A stretch of DNA of 64,000 nt from Giardia intestinalis. Lineage: Eukaryota. Positions 46,501 to 55,339 of this stretch are shown piece after piece (within the stretch, counting starts at the first letter, position 1; every line of letters starts with the position of its first letter). The translations under genes were made by a program, and so were the position numbers. The DNA lies in the NCBI GenBank assembly GCA_000002435.2, contig CM018791.1; one strand, 5' to 3'. The notes below the pieces were generated by a model, which was not told where the DNA came from, did no database searches, and was given only the letters and a program-made list of their open reading frames with translations.

Positions 46501-49500
46501 CTTCTGGTCGATGGACACTGCCTTGCGCCCGGCAGTACAGAAGCTGCGGTGTGCACTCTGCACCGCATCCCCACTGGCACGTGCTACTATTGCAGCAGCG
46601 ACTACTTCCTGATGCTTGGGAGCTGCGTCTCGGCAGAAAGGGCTCCTGGAAACACGGTTTGCAAAGACCTTGGAGTGCATGACGGCATTTGCAGCACCTG
46701 CAAGGATGGATACTACGCGCCCCCCGACCGCTCAAGTGTCAGCGACTCGTGTGTTCCGTGCACAGAGAACAGCGACACGCTGAAGGGCATACCCCACTGC
46801 AAGAGCTGCAAGGTTTCCAACGGACTCCTGGTCTGTGTTGCCTGCGAGCAGTTCTACAGACCAATGAACGGGGGAACGGAGTGCGTGCAAACGTGCATTG
46901 AGGCAGAGGCAGACCCCAAGGAGCACAGGTGCAGAAAGGACAAGTGTGATGTCCTGGGCACGTTCTACTGCTCCCAGTGCGCTGCTGATGCCGAGGGCCC
47001 AGTCAACGGCGTGTGTGCTTCAGTGGCCGCAGGCGTGTGCATACAATATAAACAAGCTAATGGCACCTGCAAATACTGCACCCACGGATACATCAAGTAC
47101 AAGGGTGGCTGCTATGAAGCGGGGTCGTTCGAGGCGGGGGACATCTGCGACGCCCAGGATGTCGTGACCTCGGGTGCAGGGTCGTTTTGTGCAAAGTGTA
47201 AGCAGAAGGATGAGGTGCCCGTTGATGGGGAATGCAAGGTCTCGGATGACTGCACCGTCAAGGGAGATGGCATCTGCAGGTCGTGCAAACAGGGTGTTAA
47301 GTCATTCCAGATAACCAAGGATGGAAGTCCTGCAACGGTTGCATGCTTTACTAAGTGTCCGGATGGGATGTATGAGTCTGCTGAGTTCTGTCAGCTGTGC
47401 GATAAGAGCTGCAAGACGTGTCAAGATAGTGCAGCAAAATGCACGGGATGCGCAGACGGCTTCTATCTTGCGGCCGGAAAGTGTGTTGCTTGCAGCGTGC
47501 TCCACTGCTTGACGTGCAATGCGGCAAATACCTGCGCCTCTTGCCAGGATGGGTATTATGCCAGTGGGAACTCGTGTGTTGCATGCACACCCGGGTGTAA
47601 GAAGTGCGATAGTACTGGGTGTAAGGTCTGCAAGGATAGATTTGCACTGAGGAATAACATATGTATTGAGGAATGCCCCGTTGGATTGCTTTCCACGTCC
47701 TGTGCTGCAGGATACTGCAATGTCAACGGCACGCTCGCATGCAGCCGCTGTGCGCTATTAAACAGCGTTATCATCGACGGAAAGTGCAAAGCGAATGACG
47801 ACGCTTGCATCCGTACAACCCCATCCAGCGGGACGTGTGCGGCTTGCAAGGACACACACCTCCTCTACTATGGGGGCTGCTATGCTAAAGGCGCAGCAGC
47901 TGGGACTGCCATATGTGACAGCCAGCACCAGGCTACGCTGGGCCCGTACACGATCTGCAAGCAATGCAAGCGAGACGGGGAAGTCCCGATCGACGGCTCG
48001 TGCGTTGCATTGGCTAACACTAGGGCAATCAGATCGCAATGTGTCGCTGCCACACCAAGCCCCACGTCGTGCACACGCTGCGGGCCAAGGTTCTTCCTGC
48101 ACGCCGGGGGGTGCTACGAGATAGGACGCTCGCCTGGAACGGTGCTCTGTGCGGTGGCCGTCGACTCAGCAGTTGCAGGAGTGTGCACATCGTGTGCCTC
48201 CGGGTACTACAGCACAGGCCTACTCGATCCCACAAAGGAGTCCTGCATCCTATGTAATGATACAGGTGCAACAAATGGATACACGGGCATTGACGGCTGC
48301 ACAGAGTGCTATCCAAGCGAGACACCAAAGAGGGTCATCTGCACGCGATGCAAGGACAAGCACATTCCTAGCGAGGACGGCTCGCGGTGTATCCAAAGCT
48401 GCAACGACAGTAGATCAGAGTCTGGTAACTGTAAGGCTGGCAGCTGTACGGCGATGGGCTCGCTGTACTGTTCCAGGTGTGCGCTGGATGACGAGTGGCC
48501 GATCAACGGGGCTTGCACGGGGCGTGATACGGACTATGTTTGCGAGAAGGGGAAGGGCGTCTGCACAGGGTGCCTACGCGGATACATGCTCTACATGGGC
48601 GGGTGCTATGACCCTGCCGCGATTCCCGGGTCTGGCATTTGTAGGGAGCTTCTGACAGTCGGAGGGCGCACATATTGCAAGCAGTGCAATCTTGCAGGAG
48701 CGTTTCCAATAAATGGCCTGTGTACAAAGGATGTGCCAGATGGTGTCTCGTGCTCCAGCGGTTTATGCGTCATATGTCCCGAGAACTACTTCTTCCACGA
48801 GGGAGGCTGCTATGATATCACGACTACTCCTGGAAGTGGGATTTGCGAAGTCCTTGGAACAGGCCGCGATGCCGGGACCTGTCGGCGGTGCAGACCCGGC
48901 TACCGTCACAACAAGGAGACGCTGACGTGCATGTCCTGCGCCGTCTCCAACTGCGCCAGCTGCGAGATAGACGTGAAGTACTGCACAGAATGCATTCAGC
49001 CCTACACGCTGACAGGCGTCGGGGCCGGGGCATACTGCACGAAGCCCTGCAAAAGAGTGGGGCAGGACGCTTGCAGTTGGGGCTCCTGCACAATAATGGA
49101 CGGGTCTCTGTGCTCGCAGTGCGCGTCGAGTGATTACGTGCCGATCGACGGCGTCTGCACACTCTATCCTGGAGATGCTCGCTCACTGGCCGGTCCATGC
49201 GTAAAGGACGCCACGAAGGGCCGCTGCACCGCGTGCCGAGGGAGCTACTTCCTCTACCAGGGGGGCTGCTACTCCGCAGGCGAGTACCCCGGTACGGGCA
49301 TCTGCGATGAGCGCGATGCAACAGTCGTCGACGGCCAGGTCGTCTGCGGGAGCTGCCTGATCGACGGAGAGGTTCCTCTGGATGGCACGTGCGCAGAGCC
49401 GAAGGAGGGACTTATCTGCAGCAAGGGCGTGTGCTCGCACTGCGGAGACGGGATGTTCCTCTTCGAGGGCGCCTGCTACACAAAGGGAAGGGCGCCGGGG

Positions 49501-51138
49501 ACGAGCATTTGTGGAGACACCACGGAGTCGACGTCCGGGTGCGCTGCATGCGAGGCAGGCTTTTCCAAGACAAACAAGGGCTGCGTGCGCTGCTCCGATC
49601 CCAACTGCGGCGCGTGCGTAGACGACCCCAATACGTGCACCGCTTGCAGGGCCGGATACTATCTCCAGAGCACGTCCTGCATTGCGTGCCACCCGGCGTG
49701 CAAGACGTGCGATGGTATGGGGGCTGATAAATGCAAAGAGTGCGCCGAGGGATACTTTGGCACGTTCGCCACGCCTGGCCTGGGAGCCTGTCTTGCCTGC
49801 TCGGACACGTCTGGCAAGGACAGCTGGGTGGGAGTGAGTGGCTGCAGGCTCTGTGAGGCTCCGAAGGTAGCGGGCCCCGCACTGTGCAAGGACTGTCTCC
49901 CGGGCTACAAGGCGCTCTCGACCGGGACAGAGGTGACCTGCCATGCAGTCTGTCCAATGACGTACTACGAGGCCGCTGACAGCTGCATCCCGTGCGCGAT
50001 CGACAACTGTGCAACGTGTACAAGCACGAGATGCACCAGCTGCGTCCCAGAGCACATCTGGAACGGCGAAGAGTGCGTCCCCAAGATCTGCCCTCCGCAG
50101 TGCCTCTGTAGGGAGCAAAGTATAGCGTGCATAGGATGCAACGAGAACGCCGTTGAGGTCAGGCCGACCCACTCCAGCGCCAGCAGGTGCCTGCTGTGCA
50201 ACGACGCGGGGGCAGGCGGAGGATGGACAGGGGTCGACGGCTGCCAGAGGTGCCGCCTCGCTGATCGCGTGGGCCCGGTCGTCTGCCTGGCGTGCGAGAG
50301 TGGACGCAAGGCGCTGACTCTGGACGGGATGCTCCTGTGCCCCCGCGAATGTCCGACAGAGAGCTTCTGGACAAGCGGCAGGGAATGCATCCCCTGCGCG
50401 CTTGGTTGCCTCCGCTGCACATCTGCTACTACATGCAGCGCGTGCAGCCAGGGATACTACTCGACGCAAAGCTCTGTCTCTGCTCCGTCCGATTGCCGCC
50501 CGTGCGATGATGTGACAAGCCAGAACGGTTTCACGGGAATTCCACACTGTGCCGTGTGCGCGGCAGACCGGGCAAGGGCGGGGGTCACGTGCCACGCCTG
50601 CGCAGAGGGCTACGGGCTCTCCGGGGGCTCGTGCAGCCCGTGCACCGCGGCCGGTTGCGCCCGTTGCGACGGGGGTGTCTGCACCTCCTGCAAGAGGGGC
50701 TGGCACCTGGCGGGCGACCGCTGCCTGGCATGCCCCTCTCCGTGCGCCGCCTGCTCGTCGGCAGCCAGCTGTCTGGCCTGTGCCGACGGGTACTTCCAGG
50801 CGACGCTCCTCGGAGGCCCCCGAGACTGTGTGCCCTGCGACCAGACGGCACCCCAGGGGCTTCAGATGGCAGGCATCCACGGGTGCGGGCTCTGCCAGGC
50901 GCAGGCAGGGTCAGGCGCCGTCCTCTGCCTCCGTTGTGCGAACGGAAACCTCCCCCTGGAGAACTACTGCGGAGGCTCGTCGGTCAAGCGCCGCCTCGGC
51001 CCGGGCGCGATCACAGGGATCACCCTTGGCGTGGCCGTTCTTGTAGGCGGGGCCATTGGCCTTGCACTCGGCCTGACAGTGTGCAAGCGCGGGTGCGCAG
51101 GCAGTACAGGTGAAGGATTACGGCCACTTTACGCATAG
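43519..51138 (+). CDS. high-cysteine membrane protein (HCMP; VSP-like Cys-rich type I membrane protein lacking the CRGKA tail), 2539 aa
   Basis: ATG at 43519 in an A-rich context (aataaacaacagctATG). Signal peptide MISLSLRLGLIVAACVTPA. Many CXXC/CXC motifs. At least 9 degenerate modules of about 75-100 aa of the form C..G.C..L.G.YCS.CA....P.DG.C......C.....G.C..C..H.L...GGCY....PG..IC. A single C-terminal transmembrane segment (ITGITLGVAVLVGGAIGLALGLTV) with a short cytoplasmic tail CKRGCAGSTGEGLRPLYA. Confidence 0.85.
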   Translation: MISLSLRLGLIVAACVTPATRSPQSGDCLIGKCTVLDGQYCAECAIPGEVPINGVCIPLTDPRAVASGCGGSAEAPLSTSARRCEFCRGGSYFLHEGGCYNVLYSPGNRICRTATSGYCTLCVDGFFLDTTSSIHQCKPCHSTCATCTSGTAQSCLSCRSDRFLKTNECKECSAADGGVTACAQCSQNSDEITCTLCKEKYFVKEGKCTACAANCATCTGERPEDCSVCVSKYSYDLTAKSCTQTCDEHDSQATKCKTSMCTALNNRYCSQCASSSDLLIDGKCVSADDKKICTPFDPPNGTCSTCAKGHLLFQGGCYSVAEPLGQEVCAETSEVQERTVCVRCAQSGFVPVSGVCLRYDAQEVAAVGCVTSRGSAVTPTDTTCASCGAKAFLYKGGCYSNETSPGNVICDELDGTGGCKVCSNKYYRSGSTCAPCHQSCETCSSGAADSCLSCKKDVYFEVFSGGRGYCKPCNDPVATITIVGVANCERCSPKPSGTMPICTKCTTGHVLKGNSCVQVCHEGAEGAGQCKTGHCNTISNTYCSECATSTECPVDGICTATLDGHSAQDGACTSCASGYFLYNGGCYRKGVMPGMLICKDEDDSTSTCSKCEDGYMSSGNGCKVCEVSNCRACSGDAASCTSCNSGYFLKDNIKGSKVCEKVCEEGIGPGKCIYGGCTVRDNTFCSRCSEADEVPIDGVCSLPEKRARICLSASSGACLRCAATHLLYYGGCYKITQPVIEICKQDSQIVEKDTAYCKACSDAGEYPVDGSCTAELDGNTCTSSKCTACGSGYFMHRGICMRQESHSDICARVGAGVCEECGKSYFKNPVASTAIDSCIACSDTAGSNGYTGIDHCDTCLPPKAAGPATCTDCADRYILNEQNRCEESCPEVEESSKATGKCLKGYCNVLNGKYCSRCSLESDYLVDGRCTSTNSNVCTPHTQQNGMCASCAMTHILYMGGCYNPAAPPGSKACARHNLIGNTLYCFQCGVVTDLLVDGHCLAPGSTEAAVCTLHRIPTGTCYYCSSDYFLMLGSCVSAERAPGNTVCKDLGVHDGICSTCKDGYYAPPDRSSVSDSCVPCTENSDTLKGIPHCKSCKVSNGLLVCVACEQFYRPMNGGTECVQTCIEAEADPKEHRCRKDKCDVLGTFYCSQCAADAEGPVNGVCASVAAGVCIQYKQANGTCKYCTHGYIKYKGGCYEAGSFEAGDICDAQDVVTSGAGSFCAKCKQKDEVPVDGECKVSDDCTVKGDGICRSCKQGVKSFQITKDGSPATVACFTKCPDGMYESAEFCQLCDKSCKTCQDSAAKCTGCADGFYLAAGKCVACSVLHCLTCNAANTCASCQDGYYASGNSCVACTPGCKKCDSTGCKVCKDRFALRNNICIEECPVGLLSTSCAAGYCNVNGTLACSRCALLNSVIIDGKCKANDDACIRTTPSSGTCAACKDTHLLYYGGCYAKGAAAGTAICDSQHQATLGPYTICKQCKRDGEVPIDGSCVALANTRAIRSQCVAATPSPTSCTRCGPRFFLHAGGCYEIGRSPGTVLCAVAVDSAVAGVCTSCASGYYSTGLLDPTKESCILCNDTGATNGYTGIDGCTECYPSETPKRVICTRCKDKHIPSEDGSRCIQSCNDSRSESGNCKAGSCTAMGSLYCSRCALDDEWPINGACTGRDTDYVCEKGKGVCTGCLRGYMLYMGGCYDPAAIPGSGICRELLTVGGRTYCKQCNLAGAFPINGLCTKDVPDGVSCSSGLCVICPENYFFHEGGCYDITTTPGSGICEVLGTGRDAGTCRRCRPGYRHNKETLTCMSCAVSNCASCEIDVKYCTECIQPYTLTGVGAGAYCTKPCKRVGQDACSWGSCTIMDGSLCSQCASSDYVPIDGVCTLYPGDARSLAGPCVKDATKGRCTACRGSYFLYQGGCYSAGEYPGTGICDERDATVVDGQVVCGSCLIDGEVPLDGTCAEPKEGLICSKGVCSHCGDGMFLFEGACYTKGRAPGTSICGDTTESTSGCAACEAGFSKTNKGCVRCSDPNCGACVDDPNTCTACRAGYYLQSTSCIACHPACKTCDGMGADKCKECAEGYFGTFATPGLGACLACSDTSGKDSWVGVSGCRLCEAPKVAGPALCKDCLPGYKALSTGTEVTCHAVCPMTYYEAADSCIPCAIDNCATCTSTRCTSCVPEHIWNGEECVPKICPPQCLCREQSIACIGCNENAVEVRPTHSSASRCLLCNDAGAGGGWTGVDGCQRCRLADRVGPVVCLACESGRKALTLDGMLLCPRECPTESFWTSGRECIPCALGCLRCTSATTCSACSQGYYSTQSSVSAPSDCRPCDDVTSQNGFTGIPHCAVCAADRARAGVTCHACAEGYGLSGGSCSPCTAAGCARCDGGVCTSCKRGWHLAGDRCLACPSPCAACSSAASCLACADGYFQATLLGGPRDCVPCDQTAPQGLQMAGIHGCGLCQAQAGSGAVLCLRCANGNLPLENYCGGSSVKRRLGPGAITGITLGVAVLVGGAIGLALGLTVCKRGCAGSTGEGLRPLYA

Positions 51139-51143
51139 TAAAT
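51137..51143 (+). promoter_or_regulatory. putative polyadenylation signal AGTAAAT overlapping the TAG stop of the HCMP gene
   Basis: The sequence is gcaTAGTAAATgg. The motif begins at the A of the stop codon. Confidence 0.5.
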
Positions 51144-51240
51144 GGTCCTATTCTCCTCGTGACGTTACAAAAACGAAATAGTTCTGGGGGAAATTTACTT
51201 ACACTAAGGCGTCCACAAGAGCTCAGCGCGCTTAACATAC

Positions 51241-54200
51241 ATGTACACACAGAGGTCATTGCACAAAAGGTATGTTGTACTTGTGAATGCCATACTCTCT
51301 TCACCACAGCCTTGGAGCATACGGCGGCGAGCTACAGCTCTTTTATGGGAATATCGCCTGGGGTTTAAACGTACAAGAAACATGCTTCTTCAGTTCATGC
51401 ATCATCTGGGCTCGGTTCAGGATAACACTGACACACTTTTGAATATTTTTGTCGCTACCAAGTTTATTGGACATCCAGCCCTTTCACAACTATCTGATCT
51501 GGTAAAGAGGTTGTTTCTGAAGTCTAATAGAGAGGATTGGTCTGCTATAGAATCGGCCGTGCTTACTCTTCTATTACTATCACTCTATCAAGGACAGGAT
51601 TCAAAATCATGCAATTCTCCTACATCGATCTGTACCCTTCAACCTCATAGAGACACTCCTTCTTTACTTACATCCATTTTAGGAAATTATCAAAGCCCCA
51701 ATCAGCAACTGCTCAAGAAGCACTTCTCAGCTATTAGCAAAAGCATGTCGGTTCTGAATCCTTGCACACAGAATGACTCTCTTTGTATTTCAAGGAAAGC
51801 TTCTGGTTCGACTGGAGAATTACTATGCTTTAGCTTTCAGCCGGCAGCTTTCACTGGGAATACTACTTCACGGCGTTCTACCGCAGTCTCAATTCTTCAA
51901 AGTCGTGGGGAAGGTCTTCGAGAAGCTGTGTTAAGCTCACCACATAACCCTAAGGGAGAAGTGCTCCTTTTAGGTCAGATAACGTGCTTCGATGATCTTC
52001 TGACGCTTATAAAGGGTTTGAATACACACCAGCAGTTTGCAATCTATAATAACCTGTCTCTATCTTTAGAGACACGAAAACTTGCAAAACTTTGGGTTCA
52101 GCCAAACCTCTATCTCATGTCTTGGGAGGCCCTTGTTGATCGCTTTGTTGACCAGTACTTTGGAATAGAGATTGCCCACGAGGTTGCCAATAGGCTTACT
52201 GATAAAGTTCTTTTTGACCTTTATCTTGCAAATCAGGTTGTCTGCAGTCAGAGTGCGATCGAGGGAGACACAAGAGCTAGTTCCGCCTTCCTTATCCAAC
52301 TGCAAGAGTTGGAAACAGTGCATTCTGTAGTACATGGGTACAAGAACCATCTTAGACACTGCATTTTGCATGAAAGGTTTTCTCATTCTGTCGAGCTGTT
52401 AGATGTATGTGTCATGCGTGGATCTGTCTTTGCAAGACAGCAATCTAGGAAGATGTTGCCAACTTTCTACACCCTGGTCTCAGAGGGGATTCTGAAGAAG
52501 ATGCAGCAACTAATCATTACAGAAACATACAGAATGTACGCGGGTAGTTGTAGTCAGCGATCACAAGGTGGGTCCCCAGAGATAGAATTGGGCATTGGAG
52601 GAGGGATTCCCATTATTAAAAGGTGTCTCTTTTATGAATTTGAGAACATTGGGCCCCTATCCTGCAACTCTGCCTTGGCAGCTTTGTTCCAAAAAAGATG
52701 GGAACTTCCTGAGCCAATGGCATTAATTGAAGAGCTGCTCCGACCTATCCCACGCATCTGGCTGCCTTTCTCACTTAAAGAATATGCAGGGACTATCATC
52801 GAACTTTTCAATTTAGGATCTCTTTTGTCGGCAACCAGAGAACATTATCCGCTCCTGCTTAGGACTCTTTTTTTGTACACTAGTACCGTTACTGGAGCCA
52901 TGACTCACCACACAACATCATCGAGCACGGATTGTGTAGAAACTCTTCTATTTTCATCTGACTATGAGTTCTACAAACCTAAGGATACGCATACCTCGAA
53001 ACTTAGTGCTAAAAGCCAAGGATTGGCCCATCAGCTCATTCAGGAGAGCATCGGGTCATATATTTCACATACAGCAAGCTTTCTTGAGCAGGAGCAAATC
53101 CGTAGAAGCGTTGCTAATCAGCTCGAAGAACAAACCGGAAAGCTTAGCAAGAGCGTGACCTTGTCCGCAATAAGTAGAGACAATCAGGCTAATATCCAAG
53201 ACGAGGCACTTCTTCCCGGTGCCGTTGCATCCAAAAGGGAGATTGCAGCAGTTCTAAACGATCTTAAGTCCTACTTCGTAACAGAAATGAGCAAGCTTGG
53301 ACTGGATGTCAAAAAGGATGAAGTTGTAGACGGTTTGAATCGCCAATTTAAACTATTATTGGCCAAACAAGCCCCTAGCTATGCAGACCTTTTTGAAGAA
53401 ATGGAGACAAAGCAAAATCTAGAAGAATTGAAAAGCGAGGAGCTGATCCCACGAGCTTCATTGCAGGACTCTGGTGCGGTAGAGGAAAATATATCTAATC
53501 TCAAGGCACCAGAATTCTTTGTCGATAAGAAAATACCAGGAAACGCCGCAGCACCATTCGATAAAAGTTTAGATACACAGAAGCTCCTCGGTGAAGAAGA
53601 CCTGCTAGCTCGTAAGAAGATGGAGGAGAGAATTGAAAAGGCAAAGCAGCGAGATGAAGTGCATAAGGCTGCTGTAGAAAGAGATAAGACTCTGCCTCTT
53701 CGAAAACGGAAGTTTAAGACAGCAAAGGAGATCATAGAGAATACAGAGTATGAAGGTGTTGGTGTTTTCTTCGACTGGGACGAGTATCTTCATGATAAGT
53801 TCCCAACACTAGTAGATTCTCTGCATAAATCTCATGCCCTTGCAAGCACTGACTCTCAAAACGAATTTCTTATTTCGCCAATCCATCGGCAAGATGATAT
53901 AGACAAGGGCTGGTGTCATTTTTCTAGAGAAAAGCATGATACAGAGCTTTTTCTATCCTACTCTGACGTTAATTACAGACAGCTGATCTCTCAATACATG
54001 GGACCAATCCAGCTTCTCCACCAATTAACAAACAAGATAGTGTGCAACTACCTTCTGTATGAGTCAAACCTCTTTTCGTGCATAGATACCGTGGGTGAGG
54101 TATGCTTCCTTTTAGATAGCAATTTGACCAATAGACTACTGTCTACGTTCTTCAAACACGGAAGTAGTACATGGATTTTTGACGGATCGTTTCAGGAGCA

Positions 54201-55323
54201 GCGGGTGCTCTCTGTGCTGTCTCGTCATGACCTACGCGGTGTAGCAGAGTTAACCATACTTACTGGGTCACTGAGCTCCGCTGATGTTCCTGGTCACAGC
54301 AGAATTTCAGCAGAAGACGATCTGCCCCAGCAAGGACGGGAGGCGATTGACTCTATTATTTCCATGAACAGGACACTAAACTCAGATTTATCTACGACGC
54401 TTGAAGGTCAATTATCAGATCTGTATACATCTGTCTGTCTTCTATGCAATCCTCACTCTAACTCGTCTCTCCCCATTCATAGTATTATATCAGCCCGAGA
54501 TATTGCCAACGTCCTGCAGTTATACAGTCCAAAGCGTCCTGGATCCGCATCTCGCAAAGACAATGGTGTACTTGATCATCTTCTGATCAAAGAAAACGAG
54601 CGACGCATATCTCAATCTTACAGCTCCAACACTAACTTTACTATGCTTCTAGATTTTTCTACTAGCAACGCATTGTTCCACCAATTGTACTATGCGCCTC
54701 TTGAGCCTCTCATCCTTGTGGTTTTTAAACACATCCTTACATTGTCGCAAAGCCTATATTCATTGCATGGGCTTTGGTTTCTCCTGGTGGTTAGCGATAA
54801 AGATCACAAAAGATACTCCGCATTGGAAAGACGCACACGTAAGTTACTAGTTATTCGTCACAGTGCATGTTGCTTCTTACAAGTCTTCCTCCGCTTTTTG
54901 CTTGGAGATGTACATTTGACTCTGGAAAACGCAAAGCAGTGCATTTACAAAACTCTGGAGACAGGGACAAACGTACTCAGGTCTGTAGATCAGTGGCACA
55001 CTCTGATTGCCATTACGTTGGCGCGCCTTTTTCTGACTGGTCCCCATCGAACCATTTTTGCAGCCATAAAGGAGATGCAGTGCCATGTCCTGCGGTTTTG
55101 CAACGAAGTGTGTGCTTACATAGAGTTTAGCAAGGCAGCGCCCGGGGTAGTATTCAATTATGAGGAGAAACTGACCGAAGTCTTTTGGCGAGCATCAAAT
55201 GCTGGCCTGGACCTGCAGCATGCAATAGATGAGATTGTAGCATGCTTGGTCCATTACGTAGAAAAGCTTGGGGTGACACGCTATGAGGAGGTCCTGGCTC
55301 AGTTTTCTTTACTAAGTAAATAG
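51241..55323 (+). CDS. large hypothetical protein (1360 aa)
   Basis: ATG at 51241. Long uninterrupted ORF, no recognised catalytic motif. A charged, coiled-coil-like stretch lies around aa 700-780. Confidence 0.6.
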   Translation: MYTQRSLHKRYVVLVNAILSSPQPWSIRRRATALLWEYRLGFKRTRNMLLQFMHHLGSVQDNTDTLLNIFVATKFIGHPALSQLSDLVKRLFLKSNREDWSAIESAVLTLLLLSLYQGQDSKSCNSPTSICTLQPHRDTPSLLTSILGNYQSPNQQLLKKHFSAISKSMSVLNPCTQNDSLCISRKASGSTGELLCFSFQPAAFTGNTTSRRSTAVSILQSRGEGLREAVLSSPHNPKGEVLLLGQITCFDDLLTLIKGLNTHQQFAIYNNLSLSLETRKLAKLWVQPNLYLMSWEALVDRFVDQYFGIEIAHEVANRLTDKVLFDLYLANQVVCSQSAIEGDTRASSAFLIQLQELETVHSVVHGYKNHLRHCILHERFSHSVELLDVCVMRGSVFARQQSRKMLPTFYTLVSEGILKKMQQLIITETYRMYAGSCSQRSQGGSPEIELGIGGGIPIIKRCLFYEFENIGPLSCNSALAALFQKRWELPEPMALIEELLRPIPRIWLPFSLKEYAGTIIELFNLGSLLSATREHYPLLLRTLFLYTSTVTGAMTHHTTSSSTDCVETLLFSSDYEFYKPKDTHTSKLSAKSQGLAHQLIQESIGSYISHTASFLEQEQIRRSVANQLEEQTGKLSKSVTLSAISRDNQANIQDEALLPGAVASKREIAAVLNDLKSYFVTEMSKLGLDVKKDEVVDGLNRQFKLLLAKQAPSYADLFEEMETKQNLEELKSEELIPRASLQDSGAVEENISNLKAPEFFVDKKIPGNAAAPFDKSLDTQKLLGEEDLLARKKMEERIEKAKQRDEVHKAAVERDKTLPLRKRKFKTAKEIIENTEYEGVGVFFDWDEYLHDKFPTLVDSLHKSHALASTDSQNEFLISPIHRQDDIDKGWCHFSREKHDTELFLSYSDVNYRQLISQYMGPIQLLHQLTNKIVCNYLLYESNLFSCIDTVGEVCFLLDSNLTNRLLSTFFKHGSSTWIFDGSFQEQRVLSVLSRHDLRGVAELTILTGSLSSADVPGHSRISAEDDLPQQGREAIDSIISMNRTLNSDLSTTLEGQLSDLYTSVCLLCNPHSNSSLPIHSIISARDIANVLQLYSPKRPGSASRKDNGVLDHLLIKENERRISQSYSSNTNFTMLLDFSTSNALFHQLYYAPLEPLILVVFKHILTLSQSLYSLHGLWFLLVVSDKDHKRYSALERRTRKLLVIRHSACCFLQVFLRFLLGDVHLTLENAKQCIYKTLETGTNVLRSVDQWHTLIAITLARLFLTGPHRTIFAAIKEMQCHVLRFCNEVCAYIEFSKAAPGVVFNYEEKLTEVFWRASNAGLDLQHAIDEIVACLVHYVEKLGVTRYEEVLAQFSLLSK
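55315..55321 (+). promoter_or_regulatory. putative polyadenylation signal AGTAAAT embedded in the last codons and stop (agt aaa tag) of the 51241-55323 gene
   Basis: The sequence is ctaAGTAAATAG, which matches AGTRAAY. The next gene's ATG follows 16 bp after the stop. Confidence 0.45.
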
Positions 55324-55339
55324 TGGGGCCTCCCCAAAA

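Noticed and set aside
49183-50880. A 565-aa minus-strand ORF and several other 70-200-aa ORFs on both strands inside 43519-51138.
   Set aside because: The region is GC-rich, so off-frame and antisense frames are stop-poor. The ORFs are Arg/Ala/Pro-rich and non-protein-like. The sense-frame HCMP is continuous and has a coherent signal peptide, modules and transmembrane architecture.
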